Positions 1 through 8,812 of a DNA stretch of 16,322 nt are shown piece after piece. The position numbers and the translations under genes were made by a program. Within the stretch, counting starts at the first letter, position 1. Every line of letters begins with the position of its first letter. Below the pieces are notes generated by a model, which was given only the letters and a program-made list of their open reading frames with translations, had not been told where the DNA came from and made no database searches. This stretch comes from Myxococcota bacterium (GTDB taxonomy: Bacteria > Myxococcota > JACRCW01): positions 1 through 16,322 of the forward strand of contig JBFMGU010000242.1 in the NCBI GenBank assembly GCA_040752415.1, read 5' to 3'.

Positions 1-617
1 GGGGCCTTGGTGGCCAGACCCAGCGCGGCGGCGGGCGTGCCCTTGGCCTGGGCGGGCGGACGGGGCGGCGGCTTGTCGGCCACACCCACCTGTGGCTTGG
101 GCTGATCCGGCTTCTTCACCGCCGGCGCCAGCTCCAGGTTCTTCAGCTGCACCGGGTCCGGACGACCCTTCCCGTGCGACTTCTCCTCCTGCGCATTCTG
201 GTACACCACGCAGAAGGCCTGACCGCGCAGCACGATGTCGTGGTTCTGGTTCTGGACCCAGACGTCGCAGTCAATGCGGTGGCTCTTGTCCTCGTGGCTC
301 TTGCGGACCACCACGCCCTTGGCGCTGAGCACGTCGCCGGGCCAGATGATCTTCATGAAGCGCACGTTGATGTGGGCGACGCGGCCGTTGCCCAGCCACC
401 GCTCCATCATCTCCCCCACGTACGCCATGGCAATCATGCCGTGGGCAAACACGCTGCCATAGCCGCTGGCGCGCGCCACCTCCTCATCCACGTGCAGGGG
501 CCCGTAGTCACCGGAGGCCGCGGCATACTTCGCAATCTGGGTGCGGGTGATGGGAGGCTTTTGCAGGCTGGGGATCGGGTCACCGATCTCTACGGTTTCA
601 AAATAGATTGTTGCCAT
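1..617 (-). CDS. MaoC/hot-dog fold (R)-hydratase/dehydratase, HadB-like, with a Pro/Ala/Lys-rich C-terminal tail; 3' end lies outside the window
   Basis: Not in the ORF track; translated by hand from ATG at 617-615: MATIYFETVEIGDPIPSLQKPPITRTQIAKYAAASGDYGPLHVDEEVARASGYGSVFAHGMIAMAYVG...RFMKIIWPGDVL... It carries the hydratase-2 motif (Y..ASGD..PLH.D...A...G.....AHG). GGAGG lies upstream and there is no stop before position 1. Confidence 0.88.
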   Translation of the reverse strand, partial: MATIYFETVEIGDPIPSLQKPPITRTQIAKYAAASGDYGPLHVDEEVARASGYGSVFAHGMIAMAYVGEMMERWLGNGRVAHINVRFMKIIWPGDVLSAKGVVVRKSHEDKSHRIDCDVWVQNQNHDIVLRGQAFCVVYQNAQEEKSHGKGRPDPVQLKNLELAPAVKKPDQPKPQVGVADKPPPRPPAQAKGTPAAALGLATKA

Positions 618-632
618 CCATGGCCTCCAGGG

Positions 633-1088
633 TCAGCGACGAGGGAATCCCCCGCGAACCGCCAACACCCGCCGGGCGAGGAACACCTTCTTCCCCTTCT
701 GATTGGTTCCAACGTCCTCAATGATCACGAAGCCCATGTTGGTGGACCCCGTGGCGCGCTCGTAACGGTCCACCAGCGTGCTGGTCACGTTCAGGACGTC
801 ACCGCTGCACACCTGCTCCAGCTCGCTCAGCTGCTGCTCACTGTGGAGCACCTGCCGCGGGTTGAGCTCCAGCTCCGCAAGGATCTCGGAGTGGTTGGCA
901 ACGCCCAGGCTGGCGCAAAACGTGGGCGGGGCCACCAGGCCCGTGAACCCGGCCTTCTTGGCCGCGTTCAGGTCGTTGTGGATCGGATCGGTGGCAAAGA
1001 TCGCCTCCGCGTACCGCCGGACGTCCCCGTTTTCGATCTCGACCGCACGCTTGTGCGTGGACTTCACATTTTCCAAGACTTTCTGCAT
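633..1088 (-). CDS. MaoC family dehydratase N-terminal-type subunit (HadA-like)
   Basis: VRRYAEAIFATDPIHNDLNAAKKAGFTGLVAPPTF and VLHSEQ...SGDVL are typical of the MaoC_dehydrat_N/HadA class; it lies 15 bp upstream of the HadB-like gene. Confidence 0.85.
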   Translation of the reverse strand: MQKVLENVKSTHKRAVEIENGDVRRYAEAIFATDPIHNDLNAAKKAGFTGLVAPPTFCASLGVANHSEILAELELNPRQVLHSEQQLSELEQVCSGDVLNVTSTLVDRYERATGSTNMGFVIIEDVGTNQKGKKVFLARRVLAVRGGFPRR

Positions 1089-1133
1089 GGTTAGCCGCCT
1101 TCGACGCAGCAGAGAACATCCTGGCGCGCGGGC

Positions 1134-1162
1134 AACCTACACGTGATCGTCGTCGTGGGCAA
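1134..1162 (-). promoter_or_regulatory. Candidate sigma70-type promoter for the MaoC pair
   Basis: Minus strand TTGCCC (1162-1157), 17 nt spacer, TAGGTT (1139-1134), about 45 nt upstream of the ATG at 1088. Confidence 0.35.
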
Positions 1163-1215
1163 GGACTTAGCGGAAAAAGGCGGCGGGACCGGTGTGGCCG
1201 CGTGGCGACGAGCGT

Positions 1216-2589
<1,374 letters not shown>

Positions 2590-2622
2590 CTAACCCCCCG
2601 GACGGGCCCCCGGCAAGCGCCT

Positions 2623-2648
2623 TAACCTTGGGGCACCCCGGGCGTCTT
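2623..2648 (+). promoter_or_regulatory. Candidate ECF-sigma promoter (AAC-N16-CGTC)
   Basis: TAACC at 2623-2627 and CGTCTT at 2643-2648, with 16 nt between AAC and CGTC, immediately upstream of the ECF gene. Confidence 0.45.
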
Positions 2649-2655
2649 CCCCGGT

Positions 2656-3261
2656 GTGGAGACCTTGCTGCGGATGCCGCCCAGCGCACCAACCCGCCCC
2701 TGGGGCACCGTCGCGCCCTCCCCCACGGCGTTGGATGACGCCCAGCTCTGCCAGCTCTCCGCACGCGGGGACCAGGACGCGTTTGCCGAGCTGTGTCGGC
2801 GGCACGCCGGGGCGCTGGTGGGCATGGCGCGCAGCATGGGGCTGAGCGACGCGGACGCCTCCGACGTGGCGCAGGAAGCCCTGTGTCACGTCCTGGAGAA
2901 GCGGCACCTGCTGGCCACGGTGACGCGCCTGCGCGGCTGGCTGTACCGGGTGGCGCTGAACCTGGCTCGAACGCGCGCGCGTACGGAGCAACGGCGCTCC
3001 CGCCTGCTCACCGACCGCGCCCACGACGTGCCGGTGCCCCAGGAGGCTGAAGCGCAGGGGCCCTCTCCCGACGAGCTGGCGCGGTTCCGCGCCGCGGAGT
3101 CCCAGCTCAGTCCGCGGCAGCGTGACGTGGTGACGCTGCGCTGCGCGGGCCTCTCGTTTGCCGAGGTGGCCAGGGCGCTGGGGACCACGGAGAACGCGTG
3201 CAAGGTGCATTTCCACAACGCGGTGAAGCGGCTGAAGGAAGCGGTGGAGAAGAACACATGA
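2656..3261 (+). CDS. ECF-type RNA polymerase sigma-70 factor (start GTG 2656 or ATG 2674)
   Basis: Region 2: GDQDAFAELCRRH...DASDVAQEAL...LRGWLYRVALNLAR. Region 4.2: LSPRQRDVVTLRCAGLSFAEVARALGTTENACKVHFHNAVKRLK. About 200 aa with no region 3. Confidence 0.93.
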   Translation: METLLRMPPSAPTRPWGTVAPSPTALDDAQLCQLSARGDQDAFAELCRRHAGALVGMARSMGLSDADASDVAQEALCHVLEKRHLLATVTRLRGWLYRVALNLARTRARTEQRRSRLLTDRAHDVPVPQEAEAQGPSPDELARFRAAESQLSPRQRDVVTLRCAGLSFAEVARALGTTENACKVHFHNAVKRLKEAVEKNT

Positions 3262-3638
3262 GCAACCGTGACGACGACGTGGAATGGCTGCGCAGGCACC
3301 TGGGTGGGCCGCTGCCTCCGGAGGACCCGCTGGTGCAGCGCACGGTGGCGCGGGCGGTGGCGCGCGCGGGGGAGCGCCGGCGGCGCGCGCCGTGGTGGCC
3401 GGTCCTGGCGCTGGCCGCGACGGCGGGACTGGCGGTGTTGATGCTGCGCCCGACGGAACCGGAGCCGCGGGAGATGGCGCTGGTGGTGGTGGAGGAGGAG
3501 CCGGCGTGGGTGGAAGAAGAGCTGGATGACGACGAGATGGCCGATGTGCCGGGATGGATGGAGCCAGGGCTCGACGACCTCACGGACGACGAGCTGGTGG
3601 CGGTCTCAACGCGCCTCAAGGAAGGCCCAAGGAGCTGA
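3258..3638 (+). CDS. Putative single-pass membrane anti-sigma factor
   Basis: ATGA overlap with the sigma stop. Short N-terminal cytoplasmic part, RRRR followed by the hydrophobic helix WWPVLALAATAGLAVLML, then an acidic tail. The function is inferred from position and topology. Confidence 0.7.
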   Translation: MSNRDDDVEWLRRHLGGPLPPEDPLVQRTVARAVARAGERRRRAPWWPVLALAATAGLAVLMLRPTEPEPREMALVVVEEEPAWVEEELDDDEMADVPGWMEPGLDDLTDDELVAVSTRLKEGPRS

Positions 3639-3640
3639 AG

Positions 3641-4192
3641 ATGAAGAGCACGGGATGGGTTGTGATGTTGTTGCTGGCGTCGGGGACAACCTGGGCCAAG
3701 GGTCCGTTCGGGGACCGGGCGGAGCGGCGGGAGGAACGCCGGGAGGAGCGACGGGAGCGCAAGGAGCGCGTGCGCAAGGAGATGGAGATTGCCCGCACGC
3801 TGCGCATTGCGGATGAGCTGAAGCTCGACGAGGCCGCCGCGCTCCGCATCTCCAACGTCCTCAAGCAGGGCGACGAGAAGCGCGCCAAGCTCCGCGAGCA
3901 GCTGCGCGTGCAGGTGGATGAGCTGCGCGGCATGGCCGAGGGCACCCCCGCGCAGAAGGACGTGGACGCGAAGATCAAGCAGATCCAGGAGCTGCGCGTG
4001 CAGCAGCTTCGGTCCGAGGAGGAGACACTGGAGGCCGCCGCCAAGGGACTCACGCCGTCGCAGAAAGCCAAGCTGGCGGTGGTGCTGGGCATGCATGAGC
4101 GGCAGATGCGCAAACTGATGTTCCAGGAGATGCGTGACGACGACGGACCGCCCTCCCCGCCGCAGCCGCCTTCCCCGCCCGCGCGTCCCTGA
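3641..4192 (+). CDS. Periplasmic Spy/CpxP/ZraP-like (heavy-metal sensor / chaperone-like) helical protein
   Basis: AAGGAG RBS before ATG 3641; signal peptide MKSTGWVVMLLLASGTTWA; all-helical with ELKLDEA (LTxxQ-like) and LTPSQKAKL motifs. Confidence 0.72.
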   Translation: MKSTGWVVMLLLASGTTWAKGPFGDRAERREERREERRERKERVRKEMEIARTLRIADELKLDEAAALRISNVLKQGDEKRAKLREQLRVQVDELRGMAEGTPAQKDVDAKIKQIQELRVQQLRSEEETLEAAAKGLTPSQKAKLAVVLGMHERQMRKLMFQEMRDDDGPPSPPQPPSPPARP

Positions 4193-4235
4193 AGCACGTT
4201 GACACCGTGAGGAGCCCGCGCTCGGATGCGCCGCC

Positions 4236-5120
4236 ATGACTCCGGTGATCGAACACAAGCAGGTGCAGGCCAACGGCATCCGCTACCACGTGGCCAGCAC
4301 TGGCGACGTGGGCAAGCCCGCCCTCCTCTGCCTCCACGGCTTCCCGGAAGGCTGGATGAGCTGGCGGCCGATCATGGAGCGCCTGGCGGACCGCTTCCAC
4401 GTCGTGGTCCCGGACATGCGCGGCTACGGCCAGACGGACAAGCCCGCGCACGGTTATGACCCGCTCACCCTCTCCGACGACGTCCACGCCCTCATCAACG
4501 TGCTGGGCCTCCAGAAGCCCGCGTTGCTGGGCCACGACTGGGGCGGCGCGGTGGCGTGGATCTGCGGCCACCGGTTCGGCGCGGAGCTGCGGCACCTCGT
4601 GGTGGTGAACTGCACGCACCCGCGCACGCTGCTCAGCGGCATCCTCCGCGGCGAGGACCTGCAGCCGCTGCGCAGCATCTACATGGCCTACTTCCAGGTC
4701 CCGCGCGTGCCCGAGATGCTGATGACCGTGGGCAACGGCGCGCTGCTCCGTCGGGGGTTCAAGCTGGCGGAGGGACGCAAGGGCGCCATGGATCGCGGTC
4801 TCGTCGCGGAGATCATCGCCACGTTTGCCACGCCGCACGATCTCACCGGCCCGCTCAACTACTACCGCGAAGCGGCGCGGATGCAGCTCTCCGCCGACGG
4901 ACGACGTCGCATGGAGGAGGTGTACCGGCAGCCCGTGGGCTGTCCCATCACCATGATCTGGGGAACGCGGGACCACTTCCTCTCGGAGAAGGTGGCGCGA
5001 CGCAGTCACGAGGACGCGCACCGATCCGTGGCGTGGGTGGGGCTGCCGGGCGTGGGGCACTTCGTCAGCCTGGAGGCGCCCGACGAGCTGGCCTCAGAGC
5101 TGGAACGGGTCCTGGGCTGA
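4236..5120 (+). CDS. Alpha/beta hydrolase, epoxide hydrolase-like
   Basis: LHGFPE oxyanion motif, PDMRGYGQTD, GHDWGG (Asp nucleophile), cap-domain tyrosines (SIYMAYFQ, NYYR), WGTRD and GHF catalytic His. Confidence 0.9.
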   Translation: MTPVIEHKQVQANGIRYHVASTGDVGKPALLCLHGFPEGWMSWRPIMERLADRFHVVVPDMRGYGQTDKPAHGYDPLTLSDDVHALINVLGLQKPALLGHDWGGAVAWICGHRFGAELRHLVVVNCTHPRTLLSGILRGEDLQPLRSIYMAYFQVPRVPEMLMTVGNGALLRRGFKLAEGRKGAMDRGLVAEIIATFATPHDLTGPLNYYREAARMQLSADGRRRMEEVYRQPVGCPITMIWGTRDHFLSEKVARRSHEDAHRSVAWVGLPGVGHFVSLEAPDELASELERVLG

Positions 5121-6113
5121 CGTGGCGTCCATGTCGAGGTCCTCCGGGCCTTTCATGCGGGCCACCGGCGTCCCGTCCGACCACGTCCCCATCTCGCGCT
5201 GCGCGTCGCCATTGCCCAGCGCCACGTCGCACCACTTGCCCTCGAACTCGCAGCCCATGAGCGCGTCGAGCATTTTCCACGTGCCGTACCAGTCCACACC
5301 GTCGGTCACGAAGTCCCCGCTCTCACTGCTGCCCGACGCCGGCGCACGGTGGTTGGCCTTCAACGCCGGGGTGCCCACCTCGTCGCTCTGCGCCTCGAGG
5401 TAGATCTTGCGCCCGCCGGGAATCTGGCTGCTCTCCAGGAAGATGCGACGCGAGAGCTCCTGCCCCACCACGTCGTCGTCACTGAAGGCCATCACGGCCA
5501 GCAGGATGTCCCGCGGCATGTCCGCGAAGTTCTCCATGGGAATGCCCGGGTCGCGCATCTGCGTGCAGTACATGCACCGCCCCGCCGCCGTGGTGAGGAC
5601 AATGCGCGGCTTCAGCGGCACGATTCCCCGACCCGAATGCACCGCGAGGTTGGCCGCCAGCGCGCCCCCGCCGGAGTGGCCCACGTAAGCCACCTGGTCG
5701 GTGTTGATGCTGATTCCGTCCTCGTGGATGCGGTCCAGCGCGCGCTCAATCCCCTTGATCGCGTTGCGCGCGAACACGTCCGGCAACGTGGTCCGCTCCA
5801 TGTACATGGGGAAGATCACGACGACACCACGACGTCCCAGGTGCGTGAGCCACCAGCGGTAGTAGTCGATTCCCATCGACTGGTAGCCGTGCAGGAACAC
5901 CACGACGGGAAACCGCGCACCGGGCGGACGCTCCCGCGGGAGGTAGAGACGGAAGCCCTCGGAGTCGTCGTCATCCAGGATCACGTCGACATCGGTGGCC
6001 ACGTATTCCTTGCCGCCCGGACCCGACTCACGCTGCTGCGGAGGCGTTGCGGAGCCCGCCGTGCAGCCCAGGAACACCAGCAACCCCAACGAGAGAAGGC
6101 GCTTCGACGTCAC
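5094..6113 (-). CDS. Putative lipoprotein alpha/beta hydrolase (chlorophyllase/esterase-like)
   Basis: Likely start GTG 6113 gives MTSKRLLSLGLLVFLGC (lipobox-like); PVVVFLHGY, VGHSGGG nucleophile elbow, candidate Asp (SDDDVV) and His (ANHRAP). Confidence 0.8.
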   Translation of the reverse strand: MTSKRLLSLGLLVFLGCTAGSATPPQQRESGPGGKEYVATDVDVILDDDDSEGFRLYLPRERPPGARFPVVVFLHGYQSMGIDYYRWWLTHLGRRGVVVIFPMYMERTTLPDVFARNAIKGIERALDRIHEDGISINTDQVAYVGHSGGGALAANLAVHSGRGIVPLKPRIVLTTAAGRCMYCTQMRDPGIPMENFADMPRDILLAVMAFSDDDVVGQELSRRIFLESSQIPGGRKIYLEAQSDEVGTPALKANHRAPASGSSESGDFVTDGVDWYGTWKMLDALMGCEFEGKWCDVALGNGDAQREMGTWSDGTPVARMKGPEDLDMDATSAQDPFQL

Positions 6114-6144
6114 GGCGGCATCGTAACTTTCGCCGCTTGAGCCT

Positions 6145-6978
6145 TCAAAGGGGTCGAAACGAATCTTCACCGACGCGCCGCGCCCGCCCCTCCTCCACGT
6201 GCTGCAGCAGGATGCTCATGACGCTGCGCGCGGCCAGCGGATACATGAACACCGGAACGCCCACATAGATGTGGGGAACCATCTGGGTCGGGGTCTCGTC
6301 GCCGGCGTGGAGGCGCTCCAACACGGCCTCCGCCCGCGCGTTGCGGTGGTGGATGTACTCGTTGAGATGCGCCACCCCGTCGGGAAGCGCGTGACCGTGC
6401 GCGGGCAGCAGCGTCCGCGGGTGGAGCGCCAGCAGCCGACGCAGGGAGGCCATGTACTGCGACATCGATCCCTCGTCGGGATCCACGAGGATCGTCCCCA
6501 CGCCTGCCACCATGTCGCCGGCGATGAGCGTGCGGTCGGAGCTGCGCAGGAAGCAGAGGTGCCCGGCGGCGTGACCGGGGGTGAAGATGGCCGTCCACGA
6601 CGGACCGTCGCACGGGAGGTGATCCCCGTCCTTGAGCACAAGCGCAACCGGGACCTTCACCCGCGCCGCCGTCTCCGCGTGCGCCGCCACCGGGATCCCC
6701 AGGCGCTCATGCAGGACCGTGGTGGCGCCCACGTGATCTCCGTGGTGATGGGTCAGGACCAGCGCGGCCAGGTGCGCCCCTTCACGACGACGCGCCTTCA
6801 GGAATTCCAGAAGCTGTTCCTGTTCCTCGGCGTCCACCGGCGCGGGATCCACCACGCACAGCTGGCGCTGGCCGAGCACATACGTGTTTGTTCTGGTGGC
6901 GGGCGGGAGCGTGGGTGTCCTAAGAGGCAGCCGCCAGAGTCCCGGTCCAAGCTCGTTGATCTCATCAGGTTCCGCCAT
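6145..6978 (-). CDS. MBL-fold metallo-hydrolase, LACTB2-like with a C-terminal winged helix
   Basis: LRTPTLPPATRTNTY, VVDP, LTHHHGDHVG (HxHxDH), TPGHAAGHLC, AGDM, LPAHG. Start ATG 6978 has GAGGAG upstream on the minus strand. Confidence 0.9.
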   Translation of the reverse strand: MAEPDEINELGPGLWRLPLRTPTLPPATRTNTYVLGQRQLCVVDPAPVDAEEQEQLLEFLKARRREGAHLAALVLTHHHGDHVGATTVLHERLGIPVAAHAETAARVKVPVALVLKDGDHLPCDGPSWTAIFTPGHAAGHLCFLRSSDRTLIAGDMVAGVGTILVDPDEGSMSQYMASLRRLLALHPRTLLPAHGHALPDGVAHLNEYIHHRNARAEAVLERLHAGDETPTQMVPHIYVGVPVFMYPLAARSVMSILLQHVEEGRARRVGEDSFRPL

Positions 6979-8551
6979 GGCGCTCCTCTCACCTGCCACC
7001 CCTCCCAAGGTTTCCCTGGTCCAGGTGCCGGAGCAACCGTTCAACACGGCCATTGCCGCGGCACGCACCTGTTACTCCTCTCGGGTCATCACCGCCCAGG
7101 ACGTGACCGCCACCGAGCAGAGCCGCGCCCAGCGGGACAGCATTGCCCAATCAACGTTCGAGGCGGGGCATCACACCGTCTTCCAGCACGCGAGCTTCAC
7201 CTTTGTCCTCGAGCAGGTGAGTCGGCAGGTCATCTGGTCCCTGCTGCACGCGCATCCCTTCTACAACTCCGAGCAGGTCAGCCAGCGCTACGTGGAGGTG
7301 AAGGCCGGACGCTACCACGTTCCCGCGCTCTCCGACGAGGCACGTGCCCTCTACGTGCAGACCGTCGACGAGATGCACACGACGTACAAGTCGCTGGTGG
7401 AAGCGCTCACGCCCACGGCGGCGGAGGCGTACTTTGGCGTGTTTCCGTCGAGAAAGCGGCACGCGGAGAAGTACGGCAAGGACATCAAGAAGAAGGCGCA
7501 GGAGATTGCGCGCTACGCGCTTCCCGTCGCCACGCACGCGCACCTGTATCACAGCATCACCAGCCTCACGCTCTTCCGCTACTGGCGCCTGTGTCAGCAG
7601 CTGGATGTCCCCGACGAGGCGCGCGCGCTGATTGAGACCATGGTGGCGCAGGTGCGCGCGCTGGACGTCGACCTGTTCAAGAACGTGCAGGACCCCATGC
7701 CGCTCGAGGACACGCTGGAATTCCGCGTGCTGAAGGACCTGGGCGTGGACCCGCATGGGGGCGGTAACGGCGGCGCGTTCTGTCGTGAGTTCGACGAGGA
7801 CCTGCAGGGCCGCACGTCCCGCCTCTGGGGTTACGGCGCCGACGCGGAGCGGGCCGTGGCGCAGGCGGTGCGCGACACGCTGGGACTGACGCGCGGCCAG
7901 CTTGACGACGACAACGCGATTGAACGCGTGCTGGACCCCGCGCGCAATCCGTACCTGGGGGAGCGTCTCAACCTGGGCACGGTGGCCAAGCTGACGCGCG
8001 CGCTGAACCACGCCAGCTACACGTTCCGCAAGAAGCTCAGCCACACCGCGGACAGCCAGGACCAACGCCACCGCATGACGCCCGCGTCGCGACCGGTGCT
8101 GGCACGGCAGGTGGACCTGGGGCGGGTCGACGTCGTCATTCCGCCGTTGCTGGCGCAGACACCCGCGGGCGTGGAGCGCTTCCACGCGTGCATGGAGAAG
8201 GTGTGGAGCGCCATGCGCCAGCTGGCGGAGACGCGGGTGCCGGCGGAGTCGTGGAGCTACCTGCTGCCCAATGCGTTCCCGGTGCGCTTCATGGAGACGG
8301 GCGACCTGCTGCATCACCACCACAAGTGGACCACGAGATTGTGCTTCACCGCGCAGGAGGAGATCTGGCGCGCGTGCGTTGACGAGGTGGAGCAGGTGCA
8401 GCAGGTGCATCCGCGCCTGGGGAAGTGGCTGCTTCCGCCGTGCGGCCTGCGTCACCGCGCGGAGACCACGCCGTACTGTCCGGAGGGCTCGCGCTATTGC
8501 GGCGTGCCGGTGTGGCGCAAGCAGATGAGCGAGTACCTGCGCGTCATCTGA
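6977..8551 (+). CDS. thyX: FAD-dependent thymidylate synthase, long form with two tandem ThyX domains
   Basis: Domain 1: AAARTCYS, GHHTVFQHASFTFVLEQVSR, EQVSQRYV, ARYALP. Domain 2: LNHASYTF, QDQRHRM, YLLPNA, RLCFTAQEEI, PPC...CPEG...CG. About 524 aa, roughly twice a standard ThyX. Confidence 0.9.
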   Translation: MALLSPATPPKVSLVQVPEQPFNTAIAAARTCYSSRVITAQDVTATEQSRAQRDSIAQSTFEAGHHTVFQHASFTFVLEQVSRQVIWSLLHAHPFYNSEQVSQRYVEVKAGRYHVPALSDEARALYVQTVDEMHTTYKSLVEALTPTAAEAYFGVFPSRKRHAEKYGKDIKKKAQEIARYALPVATHAHLYHSITSLTLFRYWRLCQQLDVPDEARALIETMVAQVRALDVDLFKNVQDPMPLEDTLEFRVLKDLGVDPHGGGNGGAFCREFDEDLQGRTSRLWGYGADAERAVAQAVRDTLGLTRGQLDDDNAIERVLDPARNPYLGERLNLGTVAKLTRALNHASYTFRKKLSHTADSQDQRHRMTPASRPVLARQVDLGRVDVVIPPLLAQTPAGVERFHACMEKVWSAMRQLAETRVPAESWSYLLPNAFPVRFMETGDLLHHHHKWTTRLCFTAQEEIWRACVDEVEQVQQVHPRLGKWLLPPCGLRHRAETTPYCPEGSRYCGVPVWRKQMSEYLRVI

Positions 8552-8594
8552 CGACGTCGCTCAGGTCACGAAGCGGGAGAGCGGGACAAACAGC

Positions 8595-8778
8595 GCCCTG
8601 GAGTGCGGTGCGAGGCGTGTGAGCGCGCCACGACGTGAAGCACCGCCCTGGATCTGGGTTCAGCGACGAGTTCCACCACGGGAGCGCGGACACCGCCTCG
8701 GTGACGACCCGTTCAGTCGAGCCAGGGCGGTGCTTCACGTCGTGGCGCGCTCACACGCCTGGCACCGCACTCCAGGGC
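8595..8778. repeat. 57-bp inverted repeat (arms 8595-8651 and 8722-8778) with a 70-bp spacer; imperfect outer arms extend to about 8562-8804
   Basis: The left arm GCCCTGGAGTGCGGTGCGAGGCGTGTGAGCGCGCCACGACGTGAAGCACCGCCCTGG is the reverse complement of the right arm at 56/57 positions (only G8612/G8761 mismatched). Confidence 0.95.
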
Positions 8779-8812
8779 TCATCCCGCTCACCCACTCGTG
8801 CCTGTCGCGGCC

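Noticed and set aside
1174..1201. Possible serS terminator (GCGGC/GCCGC stem plus T5 on the minus strand)
   Set aside because: Only a 5-bp stem with a 12-nt loop; too weak to call.
3716..3780. Short tandem-like GGAGCG/GGGAGG repeats
   Set aside because: Explained by codons of the Arg/Glu-rich helix in the periplasmic protein; not an independent DNA repeat.
8595..8778. Possible CRISPR array, attC site or tRNA
   Set aside because: Only two copies, inverted rather than direct; no cas or integrase gene; no recognisable attC core sites or tRNA T-loop/CCA.
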